From the human T2T-CHM13v2.0 reference genome, Homo sapiens, in NCBI RefSeq assembly GCF_009914755.1, contig NC_060925.1: 64,000 bases of DNA, one strand, 5' to 3'. Shown here in pieces: positions 56,349 through 64,000 of this stretch. The notes under the pieces are model-generated. The model was not told where the DNA came from and did no database searches. It was given only the letters and a program-made list of their open reading frames with translations. Every line of letters starts with the position of its first letter. The first letter of the stretch is position 1. A program made the position numbers and the translations under genes.

Positions 56349-57704
56349 TAATCTTGTTACATGAGATTCTAGAAATATTTTATATCTATAGATACTTTAT
56401 TGACATTTGAAGGTTAGGACACGTCTAAGAAAAACTTGTTCACTTTAACCTACTCTCATCTGTTTTTCCCCATGAAGACGTCAGCATTAATCACAAAATA
56501 TAGATGTTTACTTCAAATTTGACTTTTACCAGAGGTTAGGTGAATCAGAGAAAAAACATTTTCAAACATCTCAAGTCAGTCAGTTTTGCTCTTCATTAGG
56601 CACTTTGCCAGCAGTCAAATTTGAGAGGGAGAGGGAGATAAAGTGCACAATGTGATTAAAAGAGAAAACCATGACATAGAGCTAATTGCTAATACTGCTT
56701 ACAGTTTATTACTTATTCTTAGAAATTAGATAGAACACAGGTCACCAGAAATGAAGGATTAGTCAAGGTGAATTAGAAAAATATAGGAGGGAAAGATTCA
56801 ATCCTACAATGTGGGGCAATTTTATCTACATTTCTTTGCACTGAGGTAAGATTTATACAAGGGGCTCAGTGTGCCTAAGCCAGATGGTAAAGTTCAGAGT
56901 CCCAATTTTGGGTAGAGAAATAATGTAGGAAGAGGGAAGAAGTCAAAGCCTCATAGCTAAATTGTATAATTAAAATATATTTTGGTATTACACGTGAGTT
57001 TCTCTTACTTAAGCTGTGCAACTTCAACTATTATAAGGGATAATTTCCAATTCTCAAAGACATTCAAAGATCATCAGATTCAAAAGCAGTGATGGCATAC
57101 TACATTTTCTTCTCAGTGTGAAATGTTGAAAGTATTGACAAAAACCATAATTTAGCTTTATGAAGCAAGGAATCCAATTGCTGTGTTTCTCACTGTTGGA
57201 GTCAACCTATAAATTGAAACAGTTCAATCCCAATGTATAATTTATAAGAAATCAAATTAATGGTGCTGTAAACTACTTAAATCTGTTTATCCTGTTCAAA
57301 TGATAATTGTATAAAGTGTTTTTTTTTTACTCATCAAGCTTATTGTTGAGTAATATAATGTCTCATAGAAATATAGGATAATGTGGTAATTACTGGAAGG
57401 TCTCAGGAAATAGGTAATTTATGACATACTACGTATTAGCTCTCTAGAAAGAATGTTAGCTTGAGGACCATGACCAAAAGCATAGTGCATTTCTGAATTC
57501 TCATAACATTATTTTTAATAAAAATAATTCCAGAAATGTAATGAAAATTTGACTAATACATTTAGTATGGCTATTGCTTAATTAATTGATTGTAAATGCA
57601 TTTGATTTTCTCTATGTGTAGGTCACCCTCAAATATTTGTATGCAAGGTTAAAAGAAAATATCCAGAAATTTTATTTTGTAAGTGTTCTTGTTTATTTTA
57701 ATTG

Positions 57705-58009
57705 TTTTTTAAATTTATTTTTATTTACTTATATTTTTAGACGGCGACTCTCTCTGCTGCCCAGGCCGGAGTGCAGTGGCACAATCTCAGCTCACTGCAA
57801 ACTTCATCCCTGGGTGAAGCTGTTCTCCTGCCTCATCCTCCCTAGTAGCTGGGATTACAGGTGTGCACTTCCATGCCCAGATAATTTTTGTATTTTTAGT
57901 AGAGATGGGGTTTTACTATGATGGCCAGGCTGGTGTCAAACTCCTGACCTCAAGTGATCTGCCAGCCTCGGCCTCTCAAAGTGCTGGGATTACAGGTGTG
58001 AGCCTGGCC
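57705..58009 (-). mobile_element. AluS (Sx/Sz-like)
   Basis: ctcctgacctcaagtgatctgcc; dimeric with decayed tail. Confidence 0.92.
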
Positions 58010-59559
58010 TTCTTTATTTTAAAATAATCATATTAATAAATTATTAAACTGAAAAATGTGAAGATTTCACTTCAAATGAAAAAAATCCCTGGGGAAAATG
58101 AACACACACATGCTCAGAAACCGTAGAAGTAAACCACAGTTTTTTTAAAGAGAATTTTCTGCTGTGTCACTGTATTTGTTTTTCTGCCAGATAATGCAAA
58201 TGATATCAATATTAATCTGCAATATGATGCATTTTATTTGAAAATGTTATTCAAAAGCTTATCTCTAATGCTGAAATAATTCATAAGAAAAAATTGTTTC
58301 TAAACTTACGACCTCTAATGTACATTTATTTCACTCCAAAATAAGAACCAAATAATGCTATTAAAAGGACTATACTAAAGGTACTAGGAGAACACCGTTA
58401 ACAAACATGTTCATATATATACACAAGTAGGAAAAATGGTGCATTAGAAATAAACAAAACTGCAAAAAACAAATATGTAAATCCCTGATAATTTTTATAA
58501 AACATAATCTTTCTATCCATACTTTACTACTGCCTTCATTCACATGAGTCAAATTATGGCCCAGTAAATATAGCTTTCTTACCTAAAAAACAGAAATTGC
58601 ATCTTCAACACAACAGTGCAGTCATGAAATTCTACTCCAATTGAAAACAATGCAATTTCTGGTTGCCATTTAGAGGTATATTTCTTCTATTTCTAAAATA
58701 AGTTAGTTTAAGGGCCATAACATGCAGCTGGCAACTTATTTGTTCAAAATTTTCCACTCACCCTTGAGCCATTAAAGAATGGTGATATTCAGAGGCCATA
58801 TCACACAATACAAAAGTGAAATCCATGATTTTAAATTATTAAGCTTTAACCATCTATCCATCTGAAATTTCCATCCTCTAAGGCACCATGTGTGTTTTAG
58901 TGTCTATAATTTCAGCATAAAAGAACATGGCATTTCGGGGCTGATACTTTTTGAACAAGATAAGAACTCTCTGCTTTTGCCTATCGTTCTACTGCCACGT
59001 TAAGAGGTGGGACTGAATTAAAGCTTCTGAGTCTACAGGACTAAATAGAGGCATGATCCTGTTTTCATGTTTCTCAGCTGAATACTAATTTAATCCATCT
59101 GTGGAAATTTGTGCATTTGCCATTAGAACAAACAAAATAATGGATCTGGTACAGTTTAGGATTAACCATCCAGAAGCTGAAATTTACCTAAAATTCACAC
59201 TTAATGGTCATATATGTTATTTGGGACTGTAGCAAAAGATTAGTTGTCTGTATCCATCAATTATAAACATAGTCTATGTTTGCTTTTAATTTTTATGAAA
59301 AATACATAGTTTATAAGATGTTTCATAAACATATATCAATTATAGTGTTAAATTTATTGAAAAGAAATAGAGACCAAAAAAATCTATTTTAGAATACATT
59401 GTTTCATTAACCTAGTTATCATTAACGAACTGAGTAGTTCGGAATATTGTTCCAAATTAGAATTAAAGAAGGTGGAAGTTTTTAGTTTTGTTTTATGGAC
59501 CCCTGTCCACATCTTCACCTACTTTTCATAGACCACTGCAAATATTGCAACTGCTCTCT

Positions 59560-60100
59560 TCTTTCTGCTATTATTTGCTCTGTAATCCATTCTCTTCAGA
59601 CTGTCAAGGAACCTTTTAAGAAGTATACAGATCAATCAATTATACTCTGATTATAAACTTTCAATGATCTCCCACTGCATTTGGAATAATACCTGAACTT
59701 AACTGTGGCATTGAAAGCCTCTACGATCTACTTTCTGGGTTCTTATTAACCTCATCTAAGATTAACACCCTCTAACATCATGTTCCTTGTCTTCCAAGTC
59801 CTTTTTCTGATGAGTGATTCTGCTATTTTCTTTGCCTGGAATGTGTTTTCTTCCCTTTCAGCATTTATATGGCCCAACCTCATATTCCAGGCCTCAGTTC
59901 AGTATCACCTTTTCAGAGATACCATCTCTTACTATAACCCTTTTTAGACCCATTTCTATTCCTATTACTTCCCTTCTGTTTTCCCCTTTCAGTTCTCCTT
60001 ATTCCCCTAGCAGCAATGGTCACAATCTGAAATTATTATGCTATCTACCTATCTACCTCGTTCCATTGTCTTCTGACCTGCAATTTTCTGAAAAGTAGAA
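59560..60100 (+). mobile_element. L2 3' fragment
   Basis: aactttcaatgatctcccactgcatttggaata...ctttgcctggaatg...tatcaccttttcagagatacc. Confidence 0.7.
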
Positions 60101-60460
60101 ATCAATCTTGTAATTGCTCCTTCATATACTTTTTAATTTTTGTTTACAATATAAAGGCTATAAGTTTTGGTCATGCTAATTAACATGTTAAATTTTTGCC
60201 ACTTATAAAGGTGAGAAAAAGATGTGTGTGCTGTAAAAAGTTGAATTATATGTGTTCTTGAGCATTTCTAGTCTGCTAAAATATGAGCTACAGAAAGTTC
60301 TCTATTATCCCCACCCCGGTTTTCTGCGAAATTAGTTACTTTGGTTAAAAATTATAACTAATATGAGTAGTAAAGACCACACTAGGAGTAATATTGACAG
60401 AGTAAAATAACCATGTCTTTTTGTTTTACCAGCAAACATTAGTTTCACCTAAAGAAATGG

Positions 60461-60767
60461 TTATTTATTTATTTTTATTTATTTATTTATTTTGAGATGA
60501 AGTCTTGTTCCCTCACCCAGGCTGAAGTGCAGTGGCCAGATCTCGACTCACTGCAGCCTCCGCCTCCTGGATTCTGCCTCACCAGCCTCCGGAACAGCTG
60601 GGATTACAGATGCCCACCACCACGCCTGGCTAATTTTTGTATTTTTAATAGGCACAAGGTTTCACCATCTTGGCCAGGCTGGTCTCGAATTCCTGACCTC
60701 GGGTGATCTGCCCACCTTGGCTTCCCAAGGTGCTAAGATTACAGGCATGACCCACCGTTCCCAGCCC
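60461..60767 (-). mobile_element. AluS with small internal deletion and (TTTA)n tail
   Basis: Dimeric Alu; gttcaagcg missing near 60570. Confidence 0.92.
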
Positions 60768-60829
60768 AAAATAATGGTTCTTTAGGTTTCTTTGTTGTTC
60801 TTTTTCAAGTTTTTTTGTTGATCTTTTTT

Positions 60830-61070
60830 ACCATAAGACTCTTTTACTTTCTCAGGACTTATTGAGGATCCCAAAGAGCTTCTGTCTATTTAGGTTATAA
60901 TGATAGGCATTACACTATAGACATTAAAGCTGAGAAATTTAAATATATATATATTTATTGTTTCTCTTAAACATACAAAGAGGAATGCATTTCATATTAA
61001 TATAAATAACATCTTACTATTATTATAAAATTAGTTTTGACCTTTCAGAAGCCCCAAGATTTGTCCTACA
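60830..61070. mobile_element. hAT-Charlie-type DNA transposon fragment
   Basis: ttattgaggatcccaaagagcttctgtct...ttaaagctgagaaattt...aaattagttttgacct. Confidence 0.5.
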
Positions 61071-63160
61071 GTAAAGTGTCAGTTCCTGGAATATGAACAA
61101 GCACCATGAAGGTAAAAACTTGGAAAATTAATTTTATTTGCCTTGATTTATAATACCCAAGCCTGAAAAACTATGAACGTGTTAAATATTTGCAAAGTTT
61201 GTTCAATTTGATGGGCTTCCTTCCATGCTATACTAACTAATGCCTTTGCCCCTAATGTAAAAATTCTAAATCTTCTGTTTAATCTGCCTAGATAGCAGAG
61301 ATTTGGTGACTTAACAGTATAGTTTTCTGTGCTCTATGAAGACTTCATGCTGCTTCATGATGTCCTTGATTATTTTAGATGGAGAAAATAGAAAAAAAGT
61401 ATAGTTTGTTTAACTTCTTTTTGGAATGGTTTTATTATTTGCATGCAACAAAAACAAATTTCCTGATCAATGAAATTGTTCCTACTATGAAACTGCATCA
61501 GTCCTCTCACATTTGAAAGTTATCAATAATGCATTAACACAGCCATTTTAAATCTCTATCCTCTACAAATATTGTTTTATTCTGATGCTTGCCTGAAAAA
61601 GGTATATAGACTACCAGCCAGAATGTGTGGAATAAGATTGAGCTAGATACTTCAAACTTTTGACACTTTAAAAAATAGACATTTGGCTAAGAAGTTTGTG
61701 AATAGACATCACTTAGACAACTTTCAGATTACATCACTGAACTGTGTCAGGATTTCCAGAACTCATTTTTTTTTTTGAGGCAGAGAGAGCTTCTTGAGAT
61801 TGATAACGTGAGATCGAGCAGACCAAAAAATAATTATATAGGAATAAGTGAACAAATTAGGAAAATATTATTATGGTTAGTTGGTTAGAATTATTGTTTA
61901 TTTTATATTAATGTTTAATCTTCTAGATAAACTAACTCACAACAATGTCATGATGTATGTTTTTGTAAACTAAAATGTAACATTTTTAAATGACATCTAA
62001 TTCTTACTGGCACCCCAGGATTCAAAATCTGTTACTGTCTCTACTTTTCACAGCAAGAAACTTATTTGTATGGGTAAATAAAAATTTGTCTTCCTTCTTA
62101 CCAGGATTTAGTTCAAAATCAATTGTACAACCAAAACCTTACCTCCAGTACCATACTTGTAGCATGACAAGTTTATTGTTAGAGAAACGAGAAACATGGC
62201 ATAATCTAAGCACATCTACCCTGGTTATATTATTTTATGGAGGCTGCACTTCCCATAGCCTTTGAGCTTTTCACAACCCTGTGAATTTTAGATAACTGAT
62301 AAAATGCAAATGATTTTGTCCATAGACAAAATAGATTTTGTAAGGTAGGGAGAGAATCATTTTTTCCCCATGATGGAGTAAATTAGTTACCCATCTGTTT
62401 GTGAATTCACTTCAGTATTCCTGATTGAATTATCCTTCGATCCAGTTATAATACTGGTTCCACATCAATGAGTTAAATAAAATTTTTGCCCTGCTTATTT
62501 CATGTTTCTAGGAAAGTCATAATTATATCCTATTTTTAAAATTATATTTTAACATATGCTTAAATATGAGGACATCATTTGGCCTAGTTAGATATAGACA
62601 AATGGGAATTAAAGGACGATTGAATCAGAAGCATATTTTTTGTTGTTGTTCTGTTCTGATTTTATGTAGATTAACCAAAGGTCAAAGAGGGAGCAATTAG
62701 TGTAATGAACCAAACCATAGGTGGACAACGCCAGAGCCAAGGATCTTAAAATATATGTGGTCAACAATCTTAGAAAAGGACAATCATCCCATGACCTTCT
62801 TAGATAAAAATCACCCATACCTATGGGACAAACTTATTCAAGCTAAATTATAAGATCCAAAAAAAGAGTGAAAGGAGATCCAAATTTGCATCTCTTATAA
62901 TTTTTGAATTATAAATAGCAAATATGTGGGTCATATAACGGTGCATTATGATCATTTTTTTAAAATGATCTTAAATAAAATGTCTATTCTTAAATAAAAT
63001 TATCTGAATAATTCATCTCATACAATTTAACAAATAATTAAATGTAGGAAATATGCCTGGTTGAAAATCATATCAAGCAAATAGAATCATGAGACTCAAT
63101 TGACTCAATTGACCATAGCTGAAAATAAGCAGATAAGTTAATCTGAACTACAGACACTGG

Positions 63161-63174
63161 GTGCCATCTGGTGG
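63161..63174 (-). promoter_or_regulatory. Candidate CTCF motif (strong core match)
   Basis: Reverse complement ccaccagatggcac fits CCASYAGRKGGCRS exactly, in non-repeat sequence. Confidence 0.5.
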
Positions 63175-63650
63175 AAGCTCTTATTGTGTCATTATTGTAT
63201 TTATTGAGCATATGTTATGCACATGTCTTTGTGCTACATCCTGAAACTATAATAATAAACAAGATACTATATTTACTCTCAACAAACATATAGCCTTGGG
63301 TAATACTATCAGATACATAAGCGATTACAATATAAGTTACAGAAGTTTTACAATATCTGCCCATTTTATGAAGGCAAATATTCACCTGAGTATTGCTCAA
63401 AGCAATCTGTATAATCAATATTGTTTAAACTGGCTACTTCTTTAAATGGTGGTTTTTATATTACCATGTTTTCATTAAAAAGTAAATGACTTCAATGGAT
63501 TTTTTCAGCAAAAAATCAAAATATGAAATATTTTGAAATTTTACTTGTGAAAATACCCGGTTTCTAGTTCTCTTATCCAACAGATACAAGACCTTGGACA
63601 ATTTATTTAACTTTTTGGGCTTTTCTCCATTTCCAACAAAACCACAGAGT

Positions 63651-64000
63651 TGTGAGACACAAACAGCCTCCATGCAAACAACCTACTGTCTACATTAACA
63701 TCTTAAACGACATAACTTTATCATTCCAGGAAATTCTTGCCTAGGAAGGTAAGTTTCAAATAACTTCACTTAATCCTTCTTTTGCTCTGTCCAGTAATCC
63801 TAAACTATCATATCCAGGGTCCTTATCTAATCCTAATGAAGTCTTACATTGCCCACATTAATAAATCCACTTAAAAAACATAAAACTTCAATTAATGTTT
63901 CAATTTTCCCTTCTCCTCTCTGCCCTACTATTAAAGTCTCTGTTATGGTAATACACTCACGTGCAGTGGTAAGAATAAAATCAGCTTTGTCTTATCAACA
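63651..64000 (+). mobile_element. ERV1-type LTR (MER67-like), continues beyond window
   Basis: TG start tgtgagacac; ends with aataaaatcagctttgtcttatcaaca; subfamily from memory. Confidence 0.5.

Overview
Human genomic DNA: an AluYa5 with all five diagnostic bases and an L1PA2 are present. The window is very AT-rich and CpG-depleted with no CpG island, consistent with a deep intron or gene desert. I recognise no protein-coding exon or RNA gene. The longer ORFs in the track are L1 ORF2 remnants, Alu read-throughs or chance ORFs. The window is a mosaic of about 13 Alu or Alu-derived copies, young and old L1, L2, CR1/L3, MIR, ERVL/MaLR LTRs and DNA transposons (MER6A, MADE1, MER3, MER5A, MER20, MER2, Tigger4a), plus microsatellites. 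The most notable structure not explained by repeat annotation is a set of locally templated insertions that look like DNA-repair scars: (1) a 170-bp copy of 3164-3327 inside an LTR at 4935-5104, flanked by a 10-bp duplication; (2) an ~165-bp inverted copy of 54722-54881 at 54408-54570, inside an MLT1 next to an L1 fragment; (3) a 15-nt two-sided snap-back insertion that frameshifts L1PA2 ORF2; (4) an inverted copy beside a MADE1; (5) a 44-bp-arm hairpin at the AluYa5 site. These fit known repair-associated mechanisms, and I found no evidence of a new coding system. Subfamily names come from remembered consensus sequences, and boundaries of old repeats are approximate.
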